The translations under genes were made by a program, and so were the position numbers. DNA of 64,000 bases from an uncultured Planctomycetota bacterium (GTDB lineage Bacteria; Planctomycetota; Planctomycetia; Isosphaerales; Isosphaeraceae), in the NCBI GenBank assembly GCA_963823665.1, contig CAWGMQ010000004.1, positions 2,592,001 through 2,656,000 of the forward strand, given 5' to 3'. Shown here piece by piece: positions 22,602 through 33,799 of this stretch. How positions within the stretch are numbered: position 1 is the first letter of the stretch; each line of letters begins with the position of its first letter. The notes under the pieces are model-generated. The model saw only the letters and a program-made list of their open reading frames with translations, did not search any database and was not told where the DNA came from.

Positions 22602-23384
22602 ATGGGTTGGGGAAATGGGGTTGCGGTGGTGACGGGAGGGGGGAGGGGGATTGGGAGAGGGATCGTCTTTTCCCTTGCGGAGCTGGGCTTTGCGGTGGTG
22701 GTGAACTACCGTTCGGATCGTGAGGCAGCGGAAGCGACTTGTCGGGACGCGGAGAAACGGGGCTCGCCGCGGGCGGATGCTGTGCGTGCCGATGTCGCGG
22801 ACCTGGCTGAAGGCCGCCAGCTTGTGGACACGGTGGTGGAGCGACACGGACGGGTGGACCTGTGGGTGAATAACGCCGGAGTTGCGCCGGAGCGGCGAGA
22901 CGATCTGCTCGAAACGACGCCCGAAAGCTGGGATCGGGTGGTGGGCACCAATTTGAGAGGGCCGTTCTTCGCCACCCAGGCGGTGGCAAATGTGATGATT
23001 CGCCAGTTGGCCGCGGGGACGGTTGAACAGCCTCAGATTGTTTTCATCAGCTCGATTTCGAGCACGTTTGCCAGCGTGAATCGCGCGGAATATTGCGTGG
23101 CCAAGGCGGGCTTGAGCATGACGGCCCAGCTCTTTGCAGCGCGGCTGGCGGGCCAGGGAATCCGGGTGTACGAGATCAGGCCGGGGCTGATCGAGACGGA
23201 GATGACCCGGCCCGTGCATGACCTTTATTCCGCCAGGATTGCCCAAGGGCTAACGCCGATTCGACGGTGGGGGACACCCGAAGACGTGGGCCGGGCAGTC
23301 GCTGCGATTGCGGGCGGTGCGTTCCCTTACTCCACAGGAGCGACGCTGGACGTCGACGGGGGGTTGAGCCTGCGGATCTTTTGA
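22602..23384 (+). CDS. Short-chain dehydrogenase/reductase (3-ketoacyl-ACP reductase-like)
   Basis: TGGGRGIG, VNNAG, YCVAK, PGLIETEM. Confidence 0.92.
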   Translation: MGWGNGVAVVTGGGRGIGRGIVFSLAELGFAVVVNYRSDREAAEATCRDAEKRGSPRADAVRADVADLAEGRQLVDTVVERHGRVDLWVNNAGVAPERRDDLLETTPESWDRVVGTNLRGPFFATQAVANVMIRQLAAGTVEQPQIVFISSISSTFASVNRAEYCVAKAGLSMTAQLFAARLAGQGIRVYEIRPGLIETEMTRPVHDLYSARIAQGLTPIRRWGTPEDVGRAVAAIAGGAFPYSTGATLDVDGGLSLRIF

Positions 23385-23688
23385 CCGTAGCGCGGCGGTC
23401 TGCGTCCGCCTCCGCCTCTGCGTGGCGCTGGTGATGCCGCCGCGATGGACGACGGGATGAGCGGGCGTTTTCAAATATCGCCGCGGCTTTTGAGTCGGCC
23501 TGTCCTAAGTTGTTTTTGCGAGAGTAGAATAGGGGCGGGAGCCGGTATCGTGCGCACGGCGCACGCGGATGGGTGATATTCGCAGCCTGACCGGTCCGGC
23601 CGCCATATCCGTAGCGCGATAGACCGAACCGCCGGCGGGAGCGATCCGAAGAGCGACCGACCGGCGCGTCTGATAAGGTCAGGATGCG

Positions 23689-26600
23689 ATGGACAGGTCG
23701 ACTTCCTCGACTGAGTCGATGCGACCGGCGCAGCCCGAGCAACGGATCGGGAGCTACCGAGTGCTCGGCCCGATCGGCGCCGGCGGAATGAGCTCGGTCT
23801 TCCGCGCCGTGCACGTGGAGTCGAACCACGAGGTCGCGCTCAAGGTTCTGACGCGGACGCTGGCCAAGAATTCGACGTTGCTCCAGCGATTCTTGCGCGA
23901 GGCCCGCAGCGCGGAGACGCTCGAGCATCCGAATATCGTGGCGATTTACGATCGAGGGGTCGACTCGGGACGGCACTACCTGGTGCTCGAGTATCTGGCA
24001 GGCGGCGATTTTCACGACTACGTCATGCAGCGTGGGCCGCTGAGCCTGGCCGAAGCCGTCACGGTGGTGAAGAGCACCGCGGATGGGCTCAACTATGCGG
24101 CCAACCGGGGCTTGATCCATCGAGACGTGAAGCCGTCGAACATCCTGCGGACGCCCGAGGGGAAGATCAAGATCATCGACCTGGGGCTCGCGCTGCAACA
24201 GGAATTCGAGGACGAGCGAGTCACACGGGACGGCACGACCGTGGGCACGGTCGATTACATGGCGCCGGAGCAGGCCAGGGACAGCCGTGCGACGAGCATC
24301 CAGAGCGACATGTATTCGCTGGGCTGCACGTTCTATTACCTGCTGACGGGGGTTCCTCCGTTTCCAGGCGGGGACATCACCGACAAGCTCACGAGGCACG
24401 CCAAGAACCCGCCGCCCGATGTTCGCGACCTGAGGCCGGACCTTCCGGGGGAGCTGAGCGCGCTCCTCCTGAAAATGATGGCCAAGCGGCCCGAGGAGCG
24501 ATTCGCTTCGTACGACGAGTTGATCAGCGCGATCGATTGGATCCCACTGGCCGGCGCTGACCGGCCGCCGACGATTACGCTCGCACCGGTTTACGAAACC
24601 GACGGAGCAGTGCCACAAGGCTACGACCTGGACGCGACGAGGATCCACAAGCACGCCGAACCGCACAGCAATGGCTCGGCGGATGAGTCATTTCCTCTGG
24701 CTTCCATGGCGGAGCTGGCGGCGGAAGACATTCCAAGAGCGGCTCGCGAGCAGTCATTTGCCGGAAGCGGCCTGCGGGACCGATCTGTCATCGAGCGGCA
24801 CGGGTCGCACACAGAAGATGTCGCAGAATCGGATGCAGTCGAGCTTTCCGAACGAGTGACGACTGCACCGGCCGGGCGAAAGATCCCGGTCATGGCTTTC
24901 GTCATTCCGGGTGCCGTCCTGTGCCTGGCGTTCGTCATCCTGGGCATCGGCCTGGCGCAATTCATGGGCTCGCAAGGCGGTGCGGAAGCCGATGCGGTGG
25001 GCGGCGAGGGGATGATCGCGGGGGCGTCGCCTGATCGCGCGGCCGGCGGCTCGGGTAGGGGCATTGCACCGGAGCGGCCCGTGGATGAACGCGAGCGAAG
25101 CCGAATGCCGCCGCGCCTCGCGCGACCCGCGGCGCCTAGCTTCGTGAAATGGGTCGAGCCGCCCGACCTCGATCTTCGCGCGACCGCGCCAGAGCAGGGG
25201 CAACTGCCCGGGGCTGTTGTTGCCAAGTACTTGCCGGATTGGGCGAAAGTGCCTACTCCCGAACGAGTTAACGGGCCGTTGGTGACGGTGCGGCGGATCG
25301 CGACCTCGAGCGAGGCGACGGTCGTTTCCAGCCTGCACCGGGCGCTTGACGGCCATAGCGGCGGAACGGTCGAGCTGGCCGAAGAGGGCCCGCACGCGGC
25401 CGACGATCTCCGCTTCAGCGGTGAGGCACGAATGATCCGAGCACGGAAGGGGCTACGCGCTATCTTGCGGATCGATCGATCCACGGGGGACGGGGCCCGA
25501 AAACAGCCGGCCATCTTCGTGTTGAACCGGAAGAGCCTGATTCTCGACGGGATCGACTTGATCGTCGACGCGCGGGACCTGTCGCGCAGCCAGACGGCCA
25601 TTTTCCTGTGCTCGGGCGGGAACCTGACGCTCCGGAACTGCACGATCACGATCCTCAACCACGCGGAGGGGACGCCGGTTTCCTTGATCCGGACAGAGCC
25701 GGATGCAGCACGTACTCCCAGTCTCATCCGGCTGGAAGGCTGCATGGTGCGCGGCGGTTTCACGGAAGGCTTCCGGCTGAGCGGGGGACCGTGCGACCTG
25801 GTGGTGCGTGATTCGATGGTTGCCGCTCGAGGTGGGCCGCTCGTTCGGTTTGACGGTGCCGACGTGGCGCCGGAGTGCCGGATTTTCGTGGTTCAGAGCC
25901 TGGTGGCGGGCCCCGGGCCGATCGTTGAGTTGACATCGACAAATGCCTCGGGCTCGGGCAAGCCGCTCCTCATCCGCGTCTGGGGCTCGGCGCTGGGGCG
26001 GCTGCGTGGCGTGGGCGTGGCGAGCGTGGTCGCCGCGCAAGAATCGGAGCAGCGGGCCGCGAAGCTGATCGACTGGTCCGGAGACGCGAACCTGTTCGCG
26101 GGGTGGAAGGGGTTTCTCGCGTGCGGACCGGATCGGGACGTGACCGTCGGCGACCTTTCGGAGGTCCGTTCCACGTGGAACGGCACCGATCCGACGAGCC
26201 GTGAGATCCTGGCACCGTGGGGGTACCTCAGGGACCTGGCACGTGCACGGGCGGCCGAGTTTTCCGACTTCCTACCGAGCCATGCCGGCATTCTGGATCA
26301 CGTTGCGCGGCCGCGTGCCGGACTCCATGAAAAAGCCATCGGGTGCTACGACGATCCGATCGTGCCCGAGCCTGCGGAATGGACGTTTCGCGCCCTCAAC
26401 GTGCCGATGATGATGAACAAGCCGAACAATCAGGGACTCCTGCCGGCACACATGACCGACGTGCGGAGGATTGGAACGGCATCCGCGCCGGCCTCGACGG
26501 CCGCGCTCGAGCTGACGTTCAGCACAGGGACCGCGCAATGGGGAGGCGATCTGGGCGCATTCCTGCGAGACAACCTACTGCCTTCGTTCCATTTTGTCCG

Positions 26601-27710
26601 GGTGCGCGTGATCGGGACAGGGCGGCACGTTTTTACGCCTCTCAAGCTGCCGCGGGGGATCCGGCTGGAGATCCGCGTTGAAGCGACAATGCCAGGCGCT
26701 GCGCCTCGTGGTCGCCGCCCGAAGGGGCGACGGACACCGCGCTCATCGAGCTGGAAGGGGGTGCGCTTGTCATCTCGAATCTGATCCTGCGGCACACGAA
26801 AACCGCCAGGCTCAAGCACTTGATTCATGTCGAGGACGGGCACCTGGTTCTCACGAACTGTCAGTTCACGGCTGCGGGCACGTCTGGGGACTCGGCCGGG
26901 GATCTGATTGCCTTCCGCGCGGCCTCGAGCCAGCCGCGGCCGGTGTACGCTCAAGAACCGCTGTTCTCGCTCTCGACTGAACGGGCAGTTTGCCGGCTGA
27001 CGGGCTGTGTTCTGATCACCGGTGGCCGGGCGGTGGAAGCCGAGCTGGGCACTGGGCTCTTGGCACTCTCGCAATGCGCGGTGGCGGCCGGCGGGACGGC
27101 GATCGAACTGAAGCCGGCGAATGTCGCGCGGTGCCGGTTCGATGCCGATCTGGTACTCGACCGGTGCACGCTGGCGGCGGAGAGGACGATCGTGCGTGCC
27201 TTCGACTGGGCGGGACTGCCGCCCGGTCCGGATCGGCCGTGGCTGATCACCTCGCGACACTGTGCCTTTCTGAGCACGGCTAGCCGGGGGACGCACGAGA
27301 CGGTGCTGTTGCAATGCGACGGCGATGCGGCGGCTGACGGCAGCGTTTTCTGGCAGGCGGATGACGACGCGGCCGAGGTTGATTGGTTCATGAGCGCTTC
27401 CGCGGTTCCGCTGCCGGCCCAACGGGCGCGGGACGTGCAGCAGCAATGGGTGCAGTTCTGGGGGCCGAATCACATGGGAAAGGTCACCGGGCCGCGGGCC
27501 GCGGGGAACAGGCCGAGCGTGCGATTCCAGCGTCGGCGGGCGGGGCAGGACCTCGAGCCGGCCGACCTGATTCTGGACCCGACGTATCATCCGGACCGGG
27601 CGGAGATGTCGGTGGGGGCCGATCTCTCGCGGGCCGGGACGATTCCAATGGCGGCACCCGGCCCGCCGATCCAGGCGCCGGGCGTGCAGAAGTCGACTGT
27701 GCCGTTTTGA
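23689..27710 (+). CDS. Membrane Ser/Thr kinase with large beta-helix-like C-terminal region; frameshift near 26700
   Basis: GAGGM, VALK, HRDVKPSN, DLG, GTVDYMAPE; TM helix AVLCLAFVILGIGLA; ORF 26820-27710 continues the same fold type. Confidence 0.82.
26167..26182. promoter_or_regulatory. parS-like site inside kinase CDS
   Basis: CGTTCCACGTGGAACG perfect 16-bp palindrome. Confidence 0.7.
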
Positions 27711-27717
27711 GATCGGC

Positions 27718-28227
27718 CTATTTCTTGCGGTTGCCGCCTTGCTGCTGTTGCTGGAAGGATTTCGTGCGGCGGCGGACGTCGAGCTCGATCGGGCCGAACG
27801 TGTCTTCGTGCCGCCGGATTGTTGTCTCGAGCGCGACGAGCAAACGCTTGGCGGTGTAGTAGTTCACGACGGTTCGCTGGCCGATCTTCACGGGCTCGGC
27901 TCCGGGCGCGAATGGCTGGGGGTTCAAGCCAAAGTCGAGGATCACTTCTTCAGGCGTGGCGGTCACACGACAGAAATTCGAGTAGCCAGGCTGCACGCCG
28001 GCGAGGTTGACGGCGACCTCGGATTTCGCGGCGTCGGTGATGTTTTCCTGGTCGGGGTGAACTAGCACACCTTTTCGTAGTGAGTTGTTTGTTTCGGGTT
28101 TTGTCTCGGGCTGGTCGGGATCTTGCGACTGCACGACAGGCGCGGGTCGCTCGGTGGCCGCGAGTGATGCTCCCAGGGCCAGCAGTCCGGTTGTCGTGAC
28201 CGAAAACAATATGCGAATCGGGAACAT
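27718..28227 (-). CDS. DUF3467-like protein with signal-peptide-like N-terminus
   Basis: YSNFCRVTATPEEVILDFGLN...NYYTAKRLL..L...IRRHE.TFG.IELD; GGAGA RBS. Confidence 0.8.
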   Translation of the reverse strand: MFPIRILFSVTTTGLLALGASLAATERPAPVVQSQDPDQPETKPETNNSLRKGVLVHPDQENITDAAKSEVAVNLAGVQPGYSNFCRVTATPEEVILDFGLNPQPFAPGAEPVKIGQRTVVNYYTAKRLLVALETTIRRHEDTFGPIELDVRRRTKSFQQQQQGGNRKK

Positions 28228-28357
28228 GGGATCTCCTCGCCGTGTTGTCTTTTCGGGGGGTGAGCCGGGTCTTTGACGTACTGAAACATCAGAGCAGGGG
28301 ACCCAGTTGGGGGCAAGAGGGTGCGGTGGGGGGTTGATCAGGTCGGCGTCGTGGGAA

Positions 28358-28405
28358 GACGCGGAGCGTCTGGGAGAGCATTCCGACGCAGAGCGTCGGA
28401 ACGAG
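28358..28405 (+). repeat. REP-like element (GACGCGGAGCGTC...TTCCGACGCAGAGCGTCGGAACGAG)
   Basis: Two hairpins; second hairpin identical to that at 33775-33799. Confidence 0.75.
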
Positions 28406-28496
28406 AAGGGGGCAGGGCTGTGGATTCGAAACGAACCAATTGGATGCGGCGTGGGTCGGGATTCCAGCGTGACGACGGACTCAGGGGTGAGCATTC

Positions 28497-28991
28497 ATGG
28501 GACGCACTCATGACAAGCTGATGCTCGGAGCAGCCCAAAGGGGGAACGTCGGTCGCATGCAGCGGTTGCTCGCGGACGGAGCGGATGTGAATGCTCGAGG
28601 GAAGTATGGATACACGCCGCTGGTTAACGCGGCGGCCGGGGGTCATGTGGATGCGGTGCGGCTACTTCTGGACGTTGGTGCGCCACCTTCGCGCGCTACC
28701 GATGATGGCGGTACTGCCCTTTACTGGGCATCGAGCCGGGGGCATGCTGATGTCGTCCGGCTTTTGCTCGATCGCGGGGCTGAGGTTGACGCCGTTCGGG
28801 ATTGTGGTTGGACGCCGCTGACTGCCGCGATTTATTGCGGGCATGAAGCGGTCGCGCTGATTCTGCTCGAGGCTGGCGCGCGAGGGGATCATGAGTCGCG
28901 TGGCAAGAGTATGTACGAGTGGGCGGTGAGGCACGGGCGGGCGCGAGTTGCGCAGGTACTTCGGCGGCGGGGTCAGCACCACGCAGACTAA
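28497..28991 (+). CDS. Ankyrin repeat protein
   Basis: GYTPLVNAA.GGH, GGTALYWAS.RGH, GWTPLTAA. Confidence 0.9.
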   Translation: MGRTHDKLMLGAAQRGNVGRMQRLLADGADVNARGKYGYTPLVNAAAGGHVDAVRLLLDVGAPPSRATDDGGTALYWASSRGHADVVRLLLDRGAEVDAVRDCGWTPLTAAIYCGHEAVALILLEAGARGDHESRGKSMYEWAVRHGRARVAQVLRRRGQHHAD

Positions 28992-28994
28992 AGA

Positions 28995-29225
28995 TTAACC
29001 GTCCAACAAGCGGTCTCGCATCGGATGGTTTTGGATTGCTGACTTGTCAGACGCGGAATGCTCCTTGACGGCGCGTGAATGCCAGACTGTGTCTGCGAGC
29101 GCCGCCGCGACCAAGATCATCGACGCGATCAGGAGCGCGCTCGCTGCGAGCAACGTGTAGGCTGCCTGGATGTCAATTCGCTTGATCCTGTTGATGATCA
29201 GTGATGGAGTCCGAGATGTTATCAT
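28995..29225 (-). CDS. Small hypothetical membrane protein
   Basis: 76 aa ORF with one hydrophobic helix. Confidence 0.35.
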   Translation of the reverse strand: MITSRTPSLIINRIKRIDIQAAYTLLAASALLIASMILVAAALADTVWHSRAVKEHSASDKSAIQNHPMRDRLLDG

Positions 29226-29243
29226 TCACGGTCGCTCCGGATT

Positions 29244-29266
29244 GTCAGGCTGAAAGCCTGACCTAC
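29244..29266 (-). repeat. GTAG-type REP hairpin
   Basis: Minus strand GTAGGTCAGGCTTTCAGCCTGAC; GTAG overlaps the macro-domain stop codon. Confidence 0.7.
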
Positions 29267-29911
29267 TTAAACGCGGTCGTTGCCGGGGCGGTTCTCAGCA
29301 CGAACGGGGCTTGGGCAGGGTGAACGACTGACCGCCATCCCTCGGCAATGATCATATCGTATGCTGCGCATCTGGAGCGCTGACTCGTCTGCCGGCATTG
29401 CGCCGACGCCCGCGCACATACCGGGCGCGGCCAAGCTGGTGATCGGCCGCGCGCTGGCGCGATTCTGGTCGAGGGTGGTAGCCAGGGCTGCGCGCATTGC
29501 CAGGTAGGCGTTGATCGTGCCCCTCGTGTCGCCGGGTACGCGCATCGTTGGTGCGACGATCAGGAAAGGGAACCGGGCGGAGGGCATCTCGATGAGTGTT
29601 GCCGTGCCGACGGGCAGCTCGCCATAGAACCGTTCGGCGATCCGGTCGAGCACCGCTCGCTGCGCTCGACCCAAGTAGAAACGGTCGATTGCCTGATCGA
29701 TCCCGCCGTCCATGAAACCGAAGCTGTTGGCGGGGCTGACGAGGGCGTCGCAGTCAAGGTCCAGCAAGTCGCCGATCGCGACCTCGACTCCATCCACTCC
29801 GTCAAAGCGATCGGCAAGAGACCGGGCGACGGCTGGGTTTCGGTCACAGAGGGAAATTCGCAAGGTGGCCGCCGGAGCACGGCCGAATTGTTTCAGAACC
29901 TTCAGTCGCAT
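29263..29911 (-). CDS. Macro domain (ADP-ribose processing) protein; frameshift near 29365
   Basis: GDLL..DCDALVSPANSFGFMDGGID.AI, APTMRVP, PGMCAGVG. Confidence 0.88.
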
Positions 29912-30072
29912 CCGGCGAGCCCTTCTGAGTATCGAGTGGAGCATAACGCACTGATCCTTCACGATCGAGCCGCGTTGCAACGCCCCAACGGCGCAGAACG
30001 TTCTAGTCGTTTGCGACGAGGTTGGCAACCGCGGCTTCGGGATGTTGCGCGAGTTGCGAGATTGCTGATTGG

Positions 30073-30333
30073 CTAGGGGATTCCGAGCAGTTGCTTGAGG
30101 GAAGTGGCGGCGGCCCGGACATCGCGGGTCTCACTGGTGATCGAGAGCTGGCTCTGGAGCTGGTCGAGTTCCCGGGCAGTGACGGTGCCGAGCCTGGAAA
30201 GGAGAGGCTCGTAACCGGCTTGCAGGGCATAGCTGGTGTGCAAGCCGGTGGTGCCGAACGGGTTGGTGGGGAGCGTGCGCAGGCAGCGGTGGAATTCGAT
30301 CTCCAGGCGGAAAAGGGATTCCAGCGGGGACAT
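30073..30333 (-). CDS. Small hypothetical protein (86 aa)
   Basis: Clean ORF downstream of a good sigma70-like promoter. Confidence 0.6.
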   Translation of the reverse strand: MSPLESLFRLEIEFHRCLRTLPTNPFGTTGLHTSYALQAGYEPLLSRLGTVTARELDQLQSQLSITSETRDVRAAATSLKQLLGIP

Positions 30334-30363
30334 GAGGGCGGGCTCCGGAGGAGCGGGGCGCTT

Positions 30364-30406
30364 CTGAACTTTTGTATAGAATACATCTGAATACGTAGCG
30401 AGTCAA
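30364..30406 (-). promoter_or_regulatory. Sigma70-like promoter with overlapping palindromic operator
   Basis: TTGACT-N17-TATTCT on minus strand; TGTAT-AGA-ATACA inverted repeat (30373-30385) covers the -10. Confidence 0.55.
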
Positions 30407-30605
30407 GCGCGGTGGTTGGACGCGTGACGGGGAGAACCGGCTTGGTCCGACGATGCGAAGCATCGGGGGAGAGTGTTTTCCGCGCTGATTTCATGGGAGT
30501 GCGGAGCTTGGAATAGGGGCGGTACCCGCGCGGCAGTTCGATGGCGGTGATCAGGAAGAACGGATATAGTCGCGGCAGGTCGTCTACTTGCACGGAGGCG
30601 GGTGT

Positions 30606-31379
30606 ATGTCGCGAGCATGGATGATCAGCGGGCGATCGAAGGGGATCAGCACGTTCCTTGGGCTGGCGCTCGCCGTCGGCCTGGCGCTCTGGCTTGCGGG
30701 GCGGCTTCCGGACTGCAAAGACGCTGCGCGGCCATTGATCGCTGCTCTCGAAGAGTCTCACCGAATCAACGGACACTATCCGGAGACGCTCAAGACGCTG
30801 GTACACGCGAAGCTACTGCGGAGTTTGCCGCGCCCGACCTGGAACCTAGGCGTCCAGCACATGGATGACTTCGAATACTCGGTCGAGCCCGACCTGGATT
30901 ATTATTGCCTCGAATTCGCAGAGGCTCCGATCTTCGGCGGAATTGGTCCCCCTCACTGGGATGGGGTCTATTACGTTTCGTTCCGAGAGAACTGGAGTCG
31001 TTCCGAGTACGACCAGCATTTGCTCCCTGTCGAGCGGGCGGGTGAGCGCTTCCGGCAGTCGCGGTCGTCAACAGATCTTCAGCTCCTCGTCAAGAAATTG
31101 CAGAATTCGCGCTCGCGAGAAAGCTCAATCTTCTGGGAGGACATCGCGGCGGCGTTTGGCCCGGAGTTGCCGTGCTCGATTGAGGGGCAACCTGGGTTCA
31201 TGGTGGAAGCTGGGGACGATGAAGCGGCTGCGATCTTCTTTGCTACCAGACGGGCGAACACATTATCAGGCGATAAGAGTATCGTTGTAAAGATATTCGA
31301 GCGGTTCAAGGACGGCGCGGGCGTGAAATGGCGGGAGGTCTTCCGTGATGAAAATGATTGGTGGGGGAAGGGTGGGTGA
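30606..31379 (+). CDS. Hypothetical membrane-anchored protein
   Basis: N-terminal TM; LIAALEESHRINGHYPETL resembles a pseudopilin-like helix. Confidence 0.6.
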   Translation: MSRAWMISGRSKGISTFLGLALAVGLALWLAGRLPDCKDAARPLIAALEESHRINGHYPETLKTLVHAKLLRSLPRPTWNLGVQHMDDFEYSVEPDLDYYCLEFAEAPIFGGIGPPHWDGVYYVSFRENWSRSEYDQHLLPVERAGERFRQSRSSTDLQLLVKKLQNSRSRESSIFWEDIAAAFGPELPCSIEGQPGFMVEAGDDEAAAIFFATRRANTLSGDKSIVVKIFERFKDGAGVKWREVFRDENDWWGKGG

Positions 31380-31568
31380 TCTGCGACTACACGTTGGTGT
31401 CCGTGAAGCGTTTGCTTGATGCGTGCGGCGGTCTTCGGGTCGGCGTCAGTCATCTGCTTGGTAGACGCCGGATCGGGAACCGTGAAGATGTCTGCCGGTT
31501 TGACGCTGTCGGAATGATCGGCTTCGGCGAGGAGGACGGTGGAAGGCGAAGCAGCTTTTGGCCTTCGA

Positions 31569-33338
31569 TCAGTCGGTGTAGTATTTATTCTCGTTGGGGA
31601 ACTCTTCGCCCGCGAGAATCTTGTCCTTTTGCGCCAGGAATTGATCCAGCGGCGGACGTTGCGTGAGTCCGATGGTGCGCTGGCAAGCGTGGGCGAGGGT
31701 GAGCAGGGTGGTCTCGTCGTAAACGCGGCCAATCATCATTTGCGGTTTTGGCAACAGGAAACCGTCCTTGGCTTCGAACCTCTTGGGGAACACGATCATG
31801 GGATGCCCCGTCATATTGCCGTACCACTCCCATCCTTCATCAGGATCGCTGCCCGAAATCCGTTCGTTACAAAGAAAGACATCGACGGCCTGCATCATTT
31901 TGTCAAAGCGCTGCATGACGATGGCCCGCAGTCGATTCAGCCTGAGATAGTCGACAGCCGTCAGAAAATGGCCAAGCAAAAAGTACGGAGGCCAACCTTT
32001 CACGCCCTTGGGCTCTCCACGGCGCGTGAGGTCTTCGAACGCCGCGGCCGACTCGCAGGCAACAAGCCCTGCCATGAGCTCATTCTTGGGCAGTCCAAAG
32101 TCCATTTTCAAATTGGGCGGTTCGACGGGGACGAGTTTGACGCCCAATTCGCGCAGGACTCGAAAGTCGTCCCTTTGTTCATCTTCGCGCCCTTTTGGGA
32201 CGTACCCCACTCGAATCGTGGAGAGCTCCCGCGACGAAGGCCAGACGTATGGCCGGTCGACTGATGCGGCGTCGCGCGGATCGGCACCGTGAATCGCGGC
32301 GAGAACCAATCCGCAGTCGTCAGCGTTGCGGCACATTGGCCCGATCTTGTCGAGCGACCAACAGAGTTGCATGCAGCCATATCGACTTACGCGTCCAAAC
32401 GTCGGTCTCAGCCCCACGGCACCGCAGCGTATGGAAGGGCCGATGAGGCTGAACGAGGTTTCGGTGCCGATGGAAAAGCCGGCGAGTCCCGCGGCGGAAG
32501 CCACGGCCGATCCTGACGACGAGCCCGCTGCATCCAGGCGAGGATTCCAGGGATTCCGAGTTATGCCGCGGTACCACAAAACCGATCCGCCGGCCAACGT
32601 ATTTGTGGCCAATTTCGCTACGAGGACGGCGCCGGCATTTTCAAGCCGTTCGGCGACGGCCGCCTTCGCGTCGATCACGCGGTCGCGATATTGCGAAACG
32701 CCCCATGTCGTGGGATAGCCGGGATAGGAAAGGATGTCCTTGACGCCCCAGGGGATTCCGTGGAGCGGCCCGCGATCGTTTTTAGCCCGCAGTTCCTGAT
32801 CGGCGCGCTCCGCTTGTTTCAGTGCCAGATCGTCCGTGTAGGTCACGACACATTTGAGAAGCGGGTCGTAGCGGCGGAGCCGTTCCAGATACAACTTGGT
32901 CAATTCCACCGACGAAATCTTTCGATTGCGCAACAGTTTGCCGAGATGCTCTATGGAACTGAACGCCAGATCCTCGTTGGAGTCAGGCCGTGAAAGCGGA
33001 TCGGAGCCCGGTGCTCCCGATGTCTTGACCTGGTAACCGCGCGGATCGGGACAAGACGCGGGACTCGCGAACGGAGCGAACCGGAGCCCCGGAAGCAGCG
33101 AATTGTCGAGCTCGATCAGTCGAACGTGTTCCAAGTCCGCTTGCGCCCACTTGAAGGCATTGACGACCGCTTCCCGCTGCGGATCGGTGAGTTTGATTCC
33201 CGCCACCCATTCGGCATTCGTGACCATTTCGCGCGAAACGGACCCGCCTTCAGCGTTAGCCGCCAGGGCACGTTGAAAAACGGCTGTTCCGATACCAGCC
33301 GTCCCGAGAATTGAGAGCGCACATCTGCGGTTGAGCAT
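31569..33338 (-). CDS. Amidase signature family protein with Tat-like signal
   Basis: NRRCAL signal; GPLHGIPWGVKD, GSSSGS, IGTET..S..P, GLRPTFGRVSRYG. Confidence 0.92.
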   Translation of the reverse strand: MLNRRCALSILGTAGIGTAVFQRALAANAEGGSVSREMVTNAEWVAGIKLTDPQREAVVNAFKWAQADLEHVRLIELDNSLLPGLRFAPFASPASCPDPRGYQVKTSGAPGSDPLSRPDSNEDLAFSSIEHLGKLLRNRKISSVELTKLYLERLRRYDPLLKCVVTYTDDLALKQAERADQELRAKNDRGPLHGIPWGVKDILSYPGYPTTWGVSQYRDRVIDAKAAVAERLENAGAVLVAKLATNTLAGGSVLWYRGITRNPWNPRLDAAGSSSGSAVASAAGLAGFSIGTETSFSLIGPSIRCGAVGLRPTFGRVSRYGCMQLCWSLDKIGPMCRNADDCGLVLAAIHGADPRDAASVDRPYVWPSSRELSTIRVGYVPKGREDEQRDDFRVLRELGVKLVPVEPPNLKMDFGLPKNELMAGLVACESAAAFEDLTRRGEPKGVKGWPPYFLLGHFLTAVDYLRLNRLRAIVMQRFDKMMQAVDVFLCNERISGSDPDEGWEWYGNMTGHPMIVFPKRFEAKDGFLLPKPQMMIGRVYDETTLLTLAHACQRTIGLTQRPPLDQFLAQKDKILAGEEFPNENKYYTD

Positions 33339-33751
33339 GATCACGGTCCCTGGAAACGGATGACGATGACAGGACTGGAGTCGTTGTACGCCGCCGCCAC
33401 TTGACCACGATTCATCATCAAACCACAAATCGTTGATGTCAAGTTCGTCAGGGGCGCGTCGATGGATTGTCCCACAAACGGGAACTCGCTGGCGCCTCGG
33501 GCTCGTCGCGGACTTTCTTCGATGCCCGGTTGACTCTGAATCCGATATGCAGGATCATGATGTTTAACCAATTGGCCGCATCAAGTTCCATGTCGCTGGG
33601 GATAGCAAGTCCGCCCCGGGGGCCGGACGACTTTCACCAGGCCACGAATTCGATGAGGCTGAACGGCACGTATTGATGCCGCCGAGGGTCATTTTAGTCG
33701 GCGGCTCAGGAACGGGTCGGAACACAACTTGCGCCGATTTACGTGAAACGC

Positions 33752-33799
33752 GCCGCGGAGCGGCACAAATACCGTTCCGACGCAGAGCGTCGGAACGAG
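33752..33799 (+). repeat. REP-like element
   Basis: GCCGCGGAGCGGC...CGTTCCGACGCAGAGCGTCGGAACGAG, same family as 28358-28405. Confidence 0.75.

Noticed and set aside
15426..29911. pncB + deacetylase + macro domain as an NAD/ADP-ribose system
   Set aside because: Genes are dispersed, differently oriented, and the deacetylase is Zn-dependent rather than a sirtuin
33735..33750. Fourth parS site (CGATTTACGTGAAACG)
   Set aside because: Left half-site has several mismatches; may be chance
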